From Pecten maximus (taxonomy: Eukaryota), in NCBI RefSeq assembly GCF_902652985.1, contig NC_047020.1, forward strand, positions 9,982,001 through 10,046,000: a DNA stretch of 64,000 bases. Direction: 5' to 3'. The notes under the pieces are model-generated. The model saw only the letters and a program-made list of their open reading frames with translations. It had not been told where the DNA came from and ran no database searches. Of the stretch, positions 12,500-27,046 are shown one piece after another (the first letter of the stretch is position 1; each line of letters begins with the position of its first letter). The position numbers and the translations under genes were made by a program.

Positions 12500-13310
12500 A
12501 CTGTGGGAGAGCTGTATTAGTGGTTTCATGAACCCTGTCACCATAGTGAATAGGAATGGGAGACAACTGTATCAGTGGTTCCAGTATCCTGTCACTATAG
12601 TGAATAGGAATGGGAGACAACTGTATCAGTGGTTCAAGTATCCTGTCACTATAGTGAATAGGAATGGGAGACAACTGTATCAGTGGTTCAAGTATCTTGT
12701 CACTAGTAGTGACTAGATATGGAGGACAGGTGTATTAGTTTCAGTACCTTGTCACCATAATTACTAGAAATGGGAGACAAGTGTAGTATTGGTTTCAGTA
12801 TCCTGTCACCATAGTTACTAGATATGGGAGACGTTTGTATTATTGGTTTCGGTAACCCTGTCACCATAATTACTAGAAATGGGAGACAGGATCAGCTGTA
12901 TGAGTGGTTCCAATTACCTGTCACCCTAGTTACTAGAAATGGGAGACAGGATCAGCTGTATGAGTGGTTCCAATTACCTGTCACCCTAGTTACTAGAAAT
13001 GGGAGACAGGATCAGCTGTATGAGTGGTTCCAATTACCTGTCACCCTAGCTACTAGAAATGGGAGACAGGATCAGCTGTATGAGTGGTTCCAATTACCTG
13101 TCGCCCTAGTTACTAGAAATGGGAGACAGGATCAGCTGTATGAGTGGTTCCAATTACCTGTCACCCTAGTTACTAGAAATAGGAGACAGGATCAGCTGTA
13201 TGAGTGGTTCCAATTACCTGTCACCCTAGTTAATAGAAATGGGAGACAGGATCAGCTGTATGAGTGGTTCCAATTACCTGTCACCCTAGTTACTAGAAAT
13301 GGGAGACGTT
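12500..13310. repeat. 54-bp array grading into a homogeneous 60-bp array
   Basis: The 54-bp unit cctgtcactatagtgaataggaatgggagacaactgtatcagtggttcaagtat is followed by ~7 copies of cctgtcaccctagttactagaaatgggagacaggatcagctgtatgagtggttccaatta. Confidence 0.93.
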
Positions 13311-15250
13311 TGTATGTTACCAGCAGTGACTAAATATTTGTGATGAGTGTGGAAGAAGTGAGTGTTTACTAGAACAACCTGTATTACAGGGACTGGTTAT
13401 CGAGAACTATTTGAAATCAATGGACCATTGGTAACTTAATCATGAACCACTACAAATATAGGGATGGTTGGATTGTGGAATAACTAAATTGCTGGTAGAT
13501 TAAAGTTTAACTTAATGGAATGAATAAATATATAATCTTGCCTCTCTTGTTGAAATATTACAATGTTCACTTTGATCACGTGATCAAAGGTACATTTCTT
13601 TTTTTCTTTGTTGTAAAAAATATGGCAAGCGATGTTAATTCGATTTTGATTGAGAAATAACTTGTTTTTATGCATTATTTCGAATTATGTTAAAGTGTAA
13701 CATATATTGTAAACTTATATCTATTATTTCGGAGTTACTTCCACAACACCCTTCAAACTGGTGAAGTCGATTTGTTAACAATATGCCATGACTATTCAGA
13801 ATCTCATTTTACAGTAATATTAGATAGTATATGCGTTGTTATTTAAGATAATATACCTACCATTGTAACCTAATAACCTCTGATGTCCTTAAATCTGCTT
13901 TGTCCGCGTGTCCGTCCGTTTGAAGGATATCTATCTTAGACGTTGCAGTAAGTTCTAAGTTTGGCTTTCATCAATTAAAGAGTCTGTCCTATTAGTGTTA
14001 AAAGAATACATGTACCATGCTTTCTCTTTGTATGGTTGTTCTTAAAAGAACTTTTTCTGGATTTCAGATAAAAATTACATTTCATGATTTTTTTTTGAGA
14101 GAGAGGATTCAAGTAAGACATCAGCACCCTATCAATTATATTTCGTTATGAAACGTTAATATTCAGTTATAAACACGGTCAGGATTAAATTCGCGAGACA
14201 ACGGTTTCCTCGGGTATTGGTCTTCAGGGAGTGTGACATACAGATAGTGTCTGATAAGGCTTTTATTGGTTATTATGAAGAAATTGGTTATACATGCTTT
14301 TAAAATGAGATTGCAATATATCTATTCACTAAATCACGTTGCTCAGTGATTGGAAGCTTGTAAAGCTCAAATGTTTTTTCTCTTATTCGATCCAGTATGA
14401 CATCACAGTCATATATTTGTTAAATATGCTGCTTTCGATGATATTATTGAAGAATGGATTCATTAATTTTGTAATAAATGAAAAAGAATATTTCACATTT
14501 TGTGTTTTAATTTCACGTATTATATGTGTATATACTATTCTAATATCAGTGCTTTCCTGTGACTGACTCCCACAAGGTAGGCATTGGGAATCTGTGTTTT
14601 GTAGTTACAGTGTACAGACAGAAGTCTGATATGAAGTCATTCCATATGGTTGAGACAACTTGTGGGCCGAAAGCTAAAAAGTCGAAATCTAATTAATAGT
14701 GATCTTTTACTGAGCAATAAATCAAAGATTCGTCAGCTCATCACAGATGTCGGATAAAGATTGGTGTTACAAGGTAGCTATGTTAACCAGGGTCATGTTC
14801 ATTGTGATTTACCAACGTATGGCCCGATAAAGAGCTTTGTCAGCTGGTATTTTACAATGATTGATATTTCGTTCTGTTTGGTTATGAAACATTAATTTGT
14901 ATCAATATTTGAACAATGATTCCTGAAGCTGCACTGTAATCGTGCACTGATGAAAGAGTATCAACAATTGCTGGGAATAGATAGCATGGCATGGGGCTGA
15001 AACAATAAAGCATGTCGATTGTTCTACATGTTATTGTGTGACATAGACGTTCAGGAAATAGTATTTACACTATCAACATGACCATTGACAATACGATCAC
15101 CCTGTCGTTAATTGTGAATTCAATATTCTACTGCTGGTGCATTATCAATATGACTGTTTTGTGCTGTTCCTATAATGTGACTTCGGTGAAGATAAAAAAG
15201 GAACGTCATACCTGTGTGTCCTGAAGGAATGTCGTATTATTATGGTTTTT

Positions 15251-16455
15251 GATATCAGTAGACGGTCGTATTGTTTCTGTGTATAATAGCAATATTAGTA
15301 GACGGTCGTATTGTTTCTGTGTATAATAGCAATTTTAGTAGACGGTCGTATTGTTTCTGTGTATAATAGCAATATCAGTAGGCGGTCGTATTGTTTTTGT
15401 GTATGATAACAATATCAGTAGACGGTCGTATTGTTTCTGTTTATAATAGCAATAACAGTAGACGGTCGTATTGTTTCTGTTTATAATTACAATATTAGTA
15501 GACGGTCGTATTGTTTCTGTCTAAAATAACAATAACAGTAGGCGGTCGTATTGTTTCTGTCTATAATCGCAATAACAGTAGAGGTCGTATTGTTTCTGTG
15601 TACAATAACAATAACAGTAGACGGTCGTATTGTTTCTGTGTATAATAACTATAACAGTAGACGGTCGTATTGTTTCTGTGTATAATAGCAATAACAGTAG
15701 ACGGTCGTATTGTTTCTGTGTATAATAGAAATATCAGTAGACGGTCGTATTGTTTCTGTGTATAATAGAAATATCAGTAGACGGTCGTATTGTTTCTGTA
15801 TATAATAACAGTAGACGGTCGTATTATTTCTGTTTATAATAACAATAACAGTAGACGGTCGTATTGTTTCTGTGTATAATAACTATAACAGTAGACGGTC
15901 GTATTGTTTCTGTGTATAATAGCAATATCAGTAGACGGTCGTATTGTTTCTGTGTATAATAGAAATATCAGTAGACGGTCGTATTGTTTCTGTGTATAAT
16001 AGAAATATCAGTAGACGGTCGTATTGTTTCTGTATATAATAACAGTAGACGGTCGTATTGTTTCTGTATATAATAACAGTAGACGGTCGTATTATTTCTG
16101 TGTATAATAACAATATCAGTAGACGGTCGTATTGTTTCTGTATATAATAACAATATTAGTAGGCGGTCGTATTGTTTCAGTTTATAATAACAATATCAGT
16201 AGACGGTCGTATTGTTTCTGTATATAATAACAATATTAGTAGGCGGTCGTATTGTTTCAGTTTATAATAACAATATCAGTAGACGGTTGTATTGTTTCTG
16301 TATATAATAACAATATTAGTAGGCGGTCGTATTGTTTCTGTATATAATAACAATATTAGTAGGCGGTCGTATTGTTTCAGTTTATAATAACAATATCAGT
16401 AGACGGTTGTATTGTTTCTGTATATAATAACAATATCAGTAGGCAGTCGTATTGT
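15251..16455. repeat. 41-bp (35-bp variant) minisatellite, ~30 copies
   Basis: Unit cagtagacggtcgtattgtttctgtgtataatagcaatat and variants. Confidence 0.95.
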
Positions 16456-18635
16456 TAGTGCCAATTGCTAATCATGATAACAAAGTGCAGACAACAGTAG
16501 ATCCGTCCAAAAGCGTCCGTTATAGGCGCTTACAGATTGGTTACCGGTATCATGTAGCGTACTACAGACAGAAATAAATAAAACTTCCAATCTCAAGCCC
16601 CAAGGTCATGTCGAAATAACAAGAGTGTAGAATCTAGTAATAACAATTTGAAATGTCCAAACTCAATAAATGTAAGCAACTATATTTTGTTAGCTACTTA
16701 ACCATACCTTTAATATCATATTGAGTTCCGACGACGAAGTCTGTAGTTAGGAAGAAAGCGCGATTGTGTAAAAAGGCTAGTGATCTCTTCCCTACACGAC
16801 GTTTTTACCGAACGATGAATACTTCGCCAGTCGCCAACCATTTTCTTTATGTCTGATAACACTATAACGGAACACACTAGAATTAGGATAAATCCTCCAA
16901 TAAAACCGAAGGCCCTGGCCGAGCTTCTCTCGTCCTCAGCACTAATACGCTTGTTCCTGTAAGAAGACAGGGCTTTCACATCTACCGTATTCTCCTCCCT
17001 TATGATCTGGATACTTTCCTCTATCTGACTTTCGCCATTGCCTGAAATGTGCAAATCAAGACAAAATCAGCGTTGGTGGTTTACAGCGATGAGGTGGCAT
17101 TGCAGAAACCCATATTATTCACCAATAAATTAATCGACTGGGGGTAACACTGTACTACATTGTATACGATGTTGGTCTACACATGTCTTCATATTTCCAT
17201 CCCGTCCGAACCTTATCCTTTTTTTACATTGTTTTTTTCAGAAACAATTGTATGGATTATTATCGTTTCATTCTTCTTTTATTCATCTTAATCAATACCT
17301 TTTTGGTTAAGCAGTTATGAATAAGGTAATTGGATATGGTGCCATTTTATAAACAGTTTTGCTTCAAATATCGCGTACAGGTGATGGTGATATCGAAAGA
17401 CAATCCAGAAAATTCTAGTGGTAGAAATGCAGCAAAATATCTTTTTAAGTTTGTTTAGGAAATCCCTGTCATTTTTGGGAAACCCGTGGTACGATGATAT
17501 CAAAAAAAAAACCACATTCAACTTTTGAAGAGCAAAACAATGACCATTCTAATGAGTCAGTGACAGGTCAGAATAAGGTAATCGTACACGTATCTGGCTA
17601 CAACAGAACCTCAAATGATAGTATTCCTTACGTGTGGTGATGTCTCGTCCTGTTGTAGTCTCTGACGTCTGCTGCGAGGCGGTGGCTCCTGTCTCCCCTA
17701 CATCTACGTGGTCCACGTAACCTACAACAATAGTTCTCTTTGTGTGGTGATTCGTACCTTGAATACATCGTGTTGCCTAAATGGAAGGCACATGACCAGC
17801 TACTTGATACCATTTCTTTTTTACGATAAATTCACAGTAACAAAATTTAACGGTATGCCGAACTCAGTTTCATTTTAAGCACATCAAAGGATAAAGCCAG
17901 TCTGTTTTATCAACAATGAGACTGAGCCTTTGATATTGCTGTGACGTTTTATTCCAGGGATTCAAAGTGCGAAAGGGACGGTAACCCCTATGTATCAAGG
18001 GTCTGTTTGAGATTTCTAGGGATGAATGGACAGAAGCCACTATTTTATAGGGTAGTTGAGGGTAGTCATGAAGCTCGCTGGACTACTATCATCGTATGTG
18101 GATATGGTTAATCACATAATTCATACCACGGCAATTAAGTGTGACTATAAACCCTATTCTTCAATGTTTAGTGAATAATTACATAGTTTTTCATTGTAGG
18201 TATAAATCATAATGGGCCGCCTCCGCGCTGAGTGAATATTGTTTTTCATATAAACTGTATATGACTAGAATACTTACACGGTAAGTCAGTGTAGTTGTAA
18301 GTCGTGGTAAACGCGGCATCCGATACGTTAACGATGTTCACTAAAACATAAAGAAATGCAACTTATTATCACATATATTATGACAGTTTCTAACTTCTCT
18401 CTATTATGATCATTGTATGGCGCTAGATCCAACTATACACCATGTAAATATGATTATAATATCACTGTATTGTCATCTGGTATCCAGACACTTGCCGGCG
18501 TTGATGTGTCTCCTAAATAAAAAGAGATGGAATCAATTCGGTGATAATATACCAACACATTTGTGAATATTACAGATTTATCATTAATAGGTATACTTCC
18601 AATGTATTGTATGCAACACTATCAACATATCTATC

Positions 18636-20853
18636 ACATACCTCTGTTTTCCTCACACCTGACGTAGGGGGGCAATGATGTTACCTTTTGTTACCCTGTA
18701 CTATAAACAAGACACCTCTATTTTCCTCACACCTGACGTAGGGGGGCAATGATGTTACCTTTTGTTACCTTACACTATAAACATGACATACCTCTGTTTT
18801 CCTCACACCTGACGTAGATGGCAATGATGTTACCTTTTGTTACCTTACACTATAAACAAGACATACCTCTGTTTTCCTCACACCTGACGTAGTTAACAGT
18901 GATGTTACCCTTTTGTTACCTTACACTATAAACATGACATACCTCTGTTTTCCTCACACCTGACGTAGGGGGGCAATGATGTTACCTTTTGTTACCTTAC
19001 ACTATAAACATGACATACCTCTGTTTTCCTCACACCTGACGTAGGGGGACAATGATGTTACCTTTTGTTACCTTACACTATAAACATGACATACCTCTGT
19101 TTTCCTCACACCTGACGTAGAGGGCAATGATGTTACCTTTTGTTACCTTACACTATAAACATGACATACCTCTGTTTTCCTCACACCTGACGTAGGGGGC
19201 AATGATGTTACCTTTTGTTACCTTACACTATAAACATGACATACCTCTGTTTTCCTCACACCTGACGTAGGGGGCAATGATGTTACCTTTTGTTACCTTA
19301 CACTATAAACAATGACATACCTCTGTTTTCCTCACACCTGACGTAGGGGGCAATGATGTTACCTTTTGTTACCTTACACTATAAACATGACATACCTCTG
19401 TTTTCCTCACACCTGACGTAGGGGGCAATGATGTTACCTTTTGTTACCTTACACTATAAACATGACATACCTCTGTTTTCCTCACACCTGACGTAGGGGG
19501 GCAATGATGTTACCTTTTGTTACCTTACACTATAAACATGACATACCTCTGTTTTCCTCACACCTGACGTAGAGGGCAATGATGTTACCTTTTGTTACCT
19601 TACACTATAAACATGACATACCTCTGTTTTCCTCACACCTGACGTAGGAGGGCAATGATGTTACCTTTTGTTACCTTACACTATAAATATGACATACCTC
19701 TGTTTTCCTCACACCTGACGTAGGGGGGCAATGATCTTACCCCTTGTTACCTTACACTATAAACATGACATACCTCTGTTTTCCTCACACCTGACGTAGG
19801 GGGCAATGATGTTACCTTTTGTTACCTTACACTATAAACATGACATACCTCTGTTTTCCTCACACCTGACGTAGGGGGCAATGACGTTACCTTTTGTTAC
19901 CTTACACTATAAACAAGACATACCTCTGTTTTCCTCACACCTGACGTAGGGGCAATGATGTTACCTTTTGTTACCTTACACTATAAACATGACATACCTC
20001 TGTTTTCCTCACACCTGACGTAGGGGCAATGATGTTACCCTTTTGTTACCTTACACTATAAACATGACATACCTCTGTTTTCCTCACACCTGACGTAGGG
20101 GGCAATGATGTTACCTTTTGTTACCTTACACTATAAACATGACATACCTCTGTTTTCCTCACACCTGACGTAGGGGGCAATGATGTTACCCTTTTGTTAC
20201 CTTACACTATAAACATGACATACCTCTGTTTTCCTCACACCTGACGTAGGGGGCAATGATGTTACCCCTTGTTACCTTACACTATAAACATGACATACCT
20301 CTGTTTTCCTCACACCTGACGTAGGGGGCAATGATGTTACCCTTTGTTACCTTACACTATAAACATGACATACCTCTGTTTTCCTCACACCTGACGTAGA
20401 GGGCAATGATGTTACCTTTTGTTACCTTACACTATAAACATGACATACCTCTGTTTTCTTCACACCTGACGTAGTTAACAGTGATGTTACCCTTTTGTTA
20501 CCTTACACTATAAACATGACATACCTCTGTTTTCCTCACACCTGACGTAGGGGGCAATGACGTTACCTTTTGTTACCTTACACTATAAACAAGACATACC
20601 TCTGTTTTCCTTACACCTGACGTAGTTAACAGTGATGTTACCCTTTTGTTACCTTACACTATAAACAAGACATACCTCTGTTTTCCTCACACCTGACGTA
20701 GACGACAGTAATGTTACCTTTTGTTACCGTACACTATAAACATGACATACCTCTGTTTTCCTGACTCTTGACGTAGGGGGCAATGATGTTACCCTTTTGT
20801 TACCTTACACTATAAACATGACATACCTCTGTTTTCCTGACTCTTGACGTAGG
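18636..20853 (-). repeat. ~75-bp tandem array (~30 copies) built from the PAN-exon end and splice donor of paralog A
   Basis: Minus-strand unit ...CCTACGTCAGGTGTGAGGAAAACAGAG|gtatgtcatgtttatagtgtaaggtaacaaaaggtaacatcattgccc. The true exon end reads CCTACGTCAAGAGTCAGGAAAACAGAG|gtatgt. Confidence 0.96.
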
Positions 20854-22309
20854 AGACAGTGCTGTTATCGTCCACACTGACGAGAGTGAACTCCAGTGGT
20901 AGGTCGTGTAATGGTCGGTAGTACCGTCGACATGTACTACTGTTGGAGTTGTAAACCATGTGGAAACATGACGACTGTATCTGACATCTCTCCAGGCAAA
21001 TTTGTAATGTGGTGTTTTTCGTGCTCACCTCGTTTGTCAATGTGTCCCATTCCTGTATCTCCATACCATGGTATTCGGTCATCTCAACTGTACCTTAGGA
21101 GAAATCACCTTTGCATTAATACTATAGCAGTCTTCAGTATCAATCATTCATATTCAGTTAACTGGGAAATATCTTTTCTCGCTAGCAATCAATTAGATGT
21201 GGCCTCACTTTTTATAACAAGCAGTTACTGATTTAAAGTATAAGTTTATATAGTTTTGATTTCAGTGATAAATGCTGTGTATGCCTGTTCGAAACATTCT
21301 TTGAAGGAATCTGATTTGTACGATTAAAAATGGGCTTTTTGAATTCATTTTATTCGTGCAATGAACGGATCCTGAAATCAAGATCCATGTCACCATCTAG
21401 TCAGAAATATCTGAAGCCTGAAACTGTTTATTTTCAAAAGACACGCATTGGTTGAAGTGTTGGTATTAATTATTACGTTATATAAATGAGCTAGTGAATA
21501 CATTTTCATTTAGGTATTGGAAGGGCGTATGTTGTTCCCCTCCGCTTAACTCTTGTGTAAATTTTATACTTTACAATTATACTTGAGAGGGAACATACCA
21601 TCTTTCTGTCAGGTCTAACATGAAGTGTTTTCTTAGAAAAAAAGACTACTAAGGTATATCATGTTGTCTAATTCTTTTTACAATGCTATATTTACTTGTA
21701 TACGTGGTTTAATATCGTTAATAAATTGGTGAAAAAAGTATATCAAGATATTTGTATTTTCCTAATTCTTACCAGCACCGGCTGCACAGACGAAGGAATG
21801 CCTTTCTTGGCACGACGCGGCGTACCAACTTTGTGTTATTACCCTGGTATTCTCTGTCATGTTAAGTAGAAGGCACTGTCGTTGATTATCATCATCATTA
21901 GAAAAGGAACTGTCGTCAGCCAATGGACTTGAACACTTCCCGCTTATGTACCACTACCCGTCCAAGTTAGGATTTATAAATCCTAACCACAGCGGATGTC
22001 TTACCTGTCTAAAAAGACACAAACCTGATGTATTCATTTTCCATTCTGTCATAGAATATCACAAGTATCGACACTTTCTATCAAATCTCACATTTACACA
22101 TTAATTTATTCACAAATCTGAAATCACCACTAAAGAGATCATTTTTGATAAGGCTCCAATCGAGAACAAACTGGAAGGACCACAAAATTCATATTGTTTT
22201 ACATTTATACAATATGTAGTACGCTCGATACGTTAGATGTGGATTCAACCTCAAATAAGTTATACTAGATAAAACAACCTCTACCGACAGATAACACATG
22301 GAGTTCCAT

Positions 22310-23649
22310 GCTTGGCTCCACTGTATTTATTCCTGGTTCCACTATTTATTCTTGACTCCACTGTATTTATTCCTGGTTCCACTATTTATTCTTGACTCCA
22401 CTGTATTTATTCTTGGCTCCACTGTATTTATTCTTGGCTCCACTGTATTTATTCTTGGCTCCACTGTATTTATTCTTGGCTCCACTGTATTTATTCTTGG
22501 CTCCACTGTATTTATTCTTGGCTCCACTGTATTTATTCTTGACTCCACTGTATTTATTCTTGGCTCCACTGTATTTATTCCTGGCTCCACTGTATTTATT
22601 CCTGGCTCCACTGTATTTATTCCTGGCTCCACTGTATTTATTCTTGACTCCACTGTATTTATTCCTGGCTCCACTGTATTTATTCCTGGCTCCACTGTAT
22701 TTATTCCTGGCTCCATTGTATTTATTCTTGGCTCCACTGTATTTATTCTTGGCTTCACTGTATTTATTCCTGGCTCCATTGTATTTATTCCTGGCTCCAC
22801 TGTATTTATTCTTGGCTCCACTGTATTTATTCTTGGCTCCACTGTATTTATTCCTGGCTCCACTGTATTTATTCTTGGCTCCACTGTATTTATTCTTGGC
22901 TCCACTGTATTTATTCTTGGCTCCACTGTATTTATTCCTGGCTCCACTGTATTTATTCTTGGCTCCACTGTATTTATTCCTGGCTCCACTGTATTTATTC
23001 CTGGCTCCACTGTATTTATTCTTGGCTCCACTGTATTTATTCTTGGCTTCACTGTATTTATTCCTGGCTTCACTGTATTTATTCCTGGCTCCACTGTATT
23101 TATTCTTGGCTCCACTGTATTTATTCCTGTCTCCACTGTATTTATTCCTGGCTCCACTATATTTATTCTTGGCTCCATTGTATTTATTCTTGACTCCACT
23201 GTATTTATTCTTGGCTCTACTGTATTTATTCCTGGCTCCACTGTATTTATTCCTGGCTCCACTGTATTTATTCCTGGCTCCACTGTATTTATTCTTGGCT
23301 CCATTGTATTTATTCCTGGCTCCACTGTATTTATTCTTGGCTCCACTGTATTTATTCTTGGCTCCACTGTATTTATTCTTGGCTCCACTGTATTTATTAC
23401 TGGCTCCACTGTATTTATTCTTGGCTCCACTGTATTTATTCCTGGCTCCACTGTATTTATTCTTGGCTCCATTGTATTTATTCCTGGCTCCACTGTATTT
23501 ATTCCTGGCTCCACTGTATTTATTCCTGGCTTCACTATTTATTCCTCACTCCACTGTATTTATTCTTGGCTCCACTGTATTTATTCTTGGCTCCACTGTA
23601 TTTATTCCTGGCTCCACTGTATTTATTCTTGGCTTCACTGTATTTATTG
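22310..23649. repeat. 21-bp minisatellite, ~63 copies, intronic in paralog A
   Basis: Unit ggctccactgtatttattc(c/t)t. The three 400-450 aa ORFs here are translations of this unit. Confidence 0.97.
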
Positions 23650-24149
23650 AACACATGTATGTTCCAACGAGATTTACATAATGATTTTCATGCATGATGT
23701 CACGAAGCATATTAGCAAAGTAAGTATCTTAGTATGTAGTATATAGTATATTTTATTATTGAGTATGGTATTTCGTTCCGATATTTATTAGCTGAAGATT
23801 TCGGACATTATACTGACCATTGTACAGGTAAAAGTATTCACACACAGTCACTGACCACCATACCGGTAAGACGTGTGTCATTTTTGAGGCCATAACCAGA
23901 CATAGAGTCGCAAAGACCACCAATTGACGGGGCAAGTATCTTTTACTACCATCTTATTCACTGTATGCAAACCTGTATTACTATATTTTTCCATTTTCAA
24001 CGGGTTTTTAGATCATTTACAGTGTGCATGTATTAAACAGGTAGGCTAGGCTAGGTACGTACGGGTGTGCGTCACTCAAGCGTAACTTGTTTACGTGTAC
24101 ATTGCGTGATTACTGTTGTCCGCATCGATGTATAGTATACATCAGAGTA

Positions 24150-25066
24150 ATTGTAGATCATAATACTAAATTCTACCTGTATGTTATACTATATAAGTCG
24201 TATATATCATCATCATTTATTCTGCTGCGCAGAATTTGTCATACATATACAGTATAATACATTGTAGTAACTGTTTGGTCAATTCCGATTCATTATATCT
24301 ATGTTATTTATATAGACTTTAGTCTATTATATAGATAATAATATACATACATGTATATAATAGACATGTACACTAGGTCATTATAATATGTGTCGTTTTG
24401 TTGTTTAGTTGTAGCTTGATGTATTTAGGAAGTGTAATTATTACATATCAATATGAATGGTTTATGTATGGTGTGTAAAAGTTCGTATGGCGCATTTGTA
24501 TGATTTTATACGTCTGTACATTACAGATGTCTGGTTTTTACGTTGGGACATGGACCCAAACATACACGGCCTGAGGTGGATGGATTTGTGGGGAAGACAA
24601 CTGACGGTGGATTATGTCGGTTCCACGTAGAGGAGCACTCGCGGTTCATACTATACAATAGGTGCAGCAGTAGCAAATAGAGGTCGGAGTGGCTCGCTGG
24701 ATACAGGCTGCAGCTCCAGCAGTGTGTCATCATCAGGTGATATAGGGTTTGGGAACGCCCTTTTATTTGGTTTAGCGAAACCATGGACTGGTCAAACGAC
24801 CACGTTTCTTCATGGTGTCATATCCTATGGTGGCCATAGGGAGGAGACAACATTTGTGTAGGCCAGGAGAATCCATGAACTTTTCTGAGTCATTCATATA
24901 TATGCAGTGTAAATACCATCTGAGTGAGTGAAAGAGTTGTGTGTGTAATGGGTAGAGTGTATATTGTGTATATTTGTAGTAAATAAATTGTAAATATTGT
25001 CAGTGATCATCTCCCTTGTTTATTTTGAGATTCGCCGCCGCTCTCCTACACTACACATGATCTACA
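24150..25066. mobile_element. Possible solo-LTR-like insertion
   Basis: Short inverted ends tgtagatcat (24152) and atgatctaca (25066), a more GC-rich interior, and AATAAA near 24982. No convincing target-site duplication. Confidence 0.25.
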
Positions 25067-25519
25067 TCAAACTAAAACCAATGATGGAATCGAAAATACC
25101 ATTTTATGCAAGATGACAATTTATTATTGAAACATAATAATCATTACGATCAGAATATAATTGAAAAGCTCATCATTCAAACTAATTTTACAACAAGATA
25201 TATGGCAATTTACATCCATAGATGAGAATTCAACAGAATTACGCTGATTGACACTTATAACCATAAGTATTGTGTTATAACCATGCTATGTTTGTTATAC
25301 TCTGTAATAAATCATCTGTCATACGTAGCATATAACCTGTAGAGAACAGTTGTCTAAATATCCTTATCCATAACCCGATAGAGGGTAATAACTCACAATA
25401 AAACGTTTTTAAATACTCACGTTTCGGATTACTAAACAGGTGATTTCGCAAATGTAGGAACTTATATCCTTCACAACATTGCGATAAACATTTTTTTGGT
25501 ACTTTTTTATTTGGTATTG

Positions 25520-26158
25520 TTTTATTTTGGCTCCAATGTATTTTTTTCCTGGCTCCACGTATTATCTTGTTTCACTGTATTTATTCTTCCCATTGTATTT
25601 AATTTGCCTCCACTGTATTTATTCTGGCTCCACTTATTTATTTTTTGGCTCCACTTTATTTATTCTTGGCTCCACTGTAATTTATTCCGGGCTCACGTAT
25701 TATCCTGCTCCACTATTTATTCTGGCTCCCTGTATTCCTGGCTTCACTGTATTTATTCTTGGCTCCACTGTATTTATTCCTGGCTCCACTGTATTTATTC
25801 TTGGCTCCACTGTATTTATTCTTGGCTCCACTGTATTTATTCCCGGCTCCACTGTATTTATTCCTGGCTCCACTGTATTTATTCTTGGCTCCACTGTATT
25901 TATTCCTGTCTCCACTGTATTTATTCTTGGCTCCACTGTATTTATTCTTGGCTTCACTGTATTTATTCTTGGCTCCATTGTATTTATTCTTGGCTCCACT
26001 GTATTTATTCTTGGCTCCATTGTATTTATTCCTGGCTCCACTGTATTCATTCCTGGCTCCACTGTATTTATTCCTGGCTTCAATGTATTTATTCTTGGCT
26101 CCACTGTATTTGTTCTTGGCTTCACTGTATTTATTCTTTGCTTCAGTGTTTTTATTGA
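25520..26158. repeat. Second copy of the 21-bp minisatellite
   Basis: Same unit as 22310-23649, followed by the same unique flank (gaacacatgtatgttccaacgaga...). The first ~200 bp are indel-rich. Confidence 0.95.
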
Positions 26159-26384
26159 ACACATGTATGTTCCAACGAGATTTAATAATGATTTTCATGC
26201 ATGATGTCACGAAGCATATTAGCACAGTAAGTACCTTAGTATGTAGTATATAGTAAATTTTATTATTGAGTATGGTATTTCGTTCCGATATTTATTAGAT
26301 TTCGGACATTATACTGACCATTGTACAGGTAAAAGTATTCACACACAGTCACTGACCACGATACCGGTAAGATGTGTCATTTTT

Positions 26385-27046
26385 TTTTATATATATAATT
26401 TTTTGGGCTATATTGATATAAACGACTTCTTCTCTGAAACTGAGCAATGTATATTGCTTATATTTGCCTGGTACCATCACTATTGAGTGAGGATTCAAAA
26501 TTGTACAAATGACTGGGCTGACCCCCCAGGGGACTGAGGGGCGGGGCCAAATGTGGTCAATTGGGCTATATTGATATAAACGACTTCTTCTCTGAAACCG
26601 AGCAATGGATATTGCTCATATTTGCCTGGTACCATCACTATGGGGTGGGGATTCAAAATTGTACAAATAGTGAGGCTGACCCCAAGGGGGCCTGAGGGGT
26701 GAGGTCAATTTGGCTAAATTGATATGAACAATTTCTCCTCTGAAACCAAGCAATAGATATTGCTCATATTTGACTGTGAGCATCCCTTTGGGGCCAGGAT
26801 TCAAAATTGTACAAATGGTGGGGCCGACCTACCTGGGGCCTGAGGGGCGGGGCCAAAAGGGGTCAATTTGGCTAAATTGATATAAACAACTTCTTCTCTG
26901 AAACTAAGCAATGGACATCACTCACATTTGCATGGTAGCATGGTCATGGGGTGGGGATTCAAAATTGTACAAATTTTAGGGTTGACCCCCCCCCCCCCCC
27001 CCCCCCCCCCCCCAGGTGAGCGATACAGGCCCTTTGGGCCTCTTGC
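26385..27046 (+). mobile_element. 5'-truncated HINE (Helentron-associated) element with ~4 internal ~158-bp repeats
   Basis: Internal repeats start near 26405, 26563, 26712 and 26870 (ggcta.attgatataaacgacttcttctctgaaac...ggattcaaaattgtacaaat). The 3' end caggtgagcgatac-aggccc-ttt-gggcct-cttg has a sub-terminal motif plus palindrome typical of bivalve HINEs. Confidence 0.7.

Noticed and set aside
12857-13308. Minus-strand acceptor-15 nt-donor pattern in each 60-bp unit (tttctag|taactagggtgacag|gtaatt)
   Set aside because: No host gene exons were found around it on that strand; likely chance.
18490-18512. Possible extra micro-exon in paralog A (GDTSTPA)
   Set aside because: The acceptor is good, but the GC donor gives 17 nt (frameshift) and the in-frame GT donor is weak.
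22298-26253. Long ORFs of 150-450 aa in several frames on both strands
   Set aside because: They arise from a 21-bp unit that lacks stops in several frames; the region is intronic and shows no coding signature.
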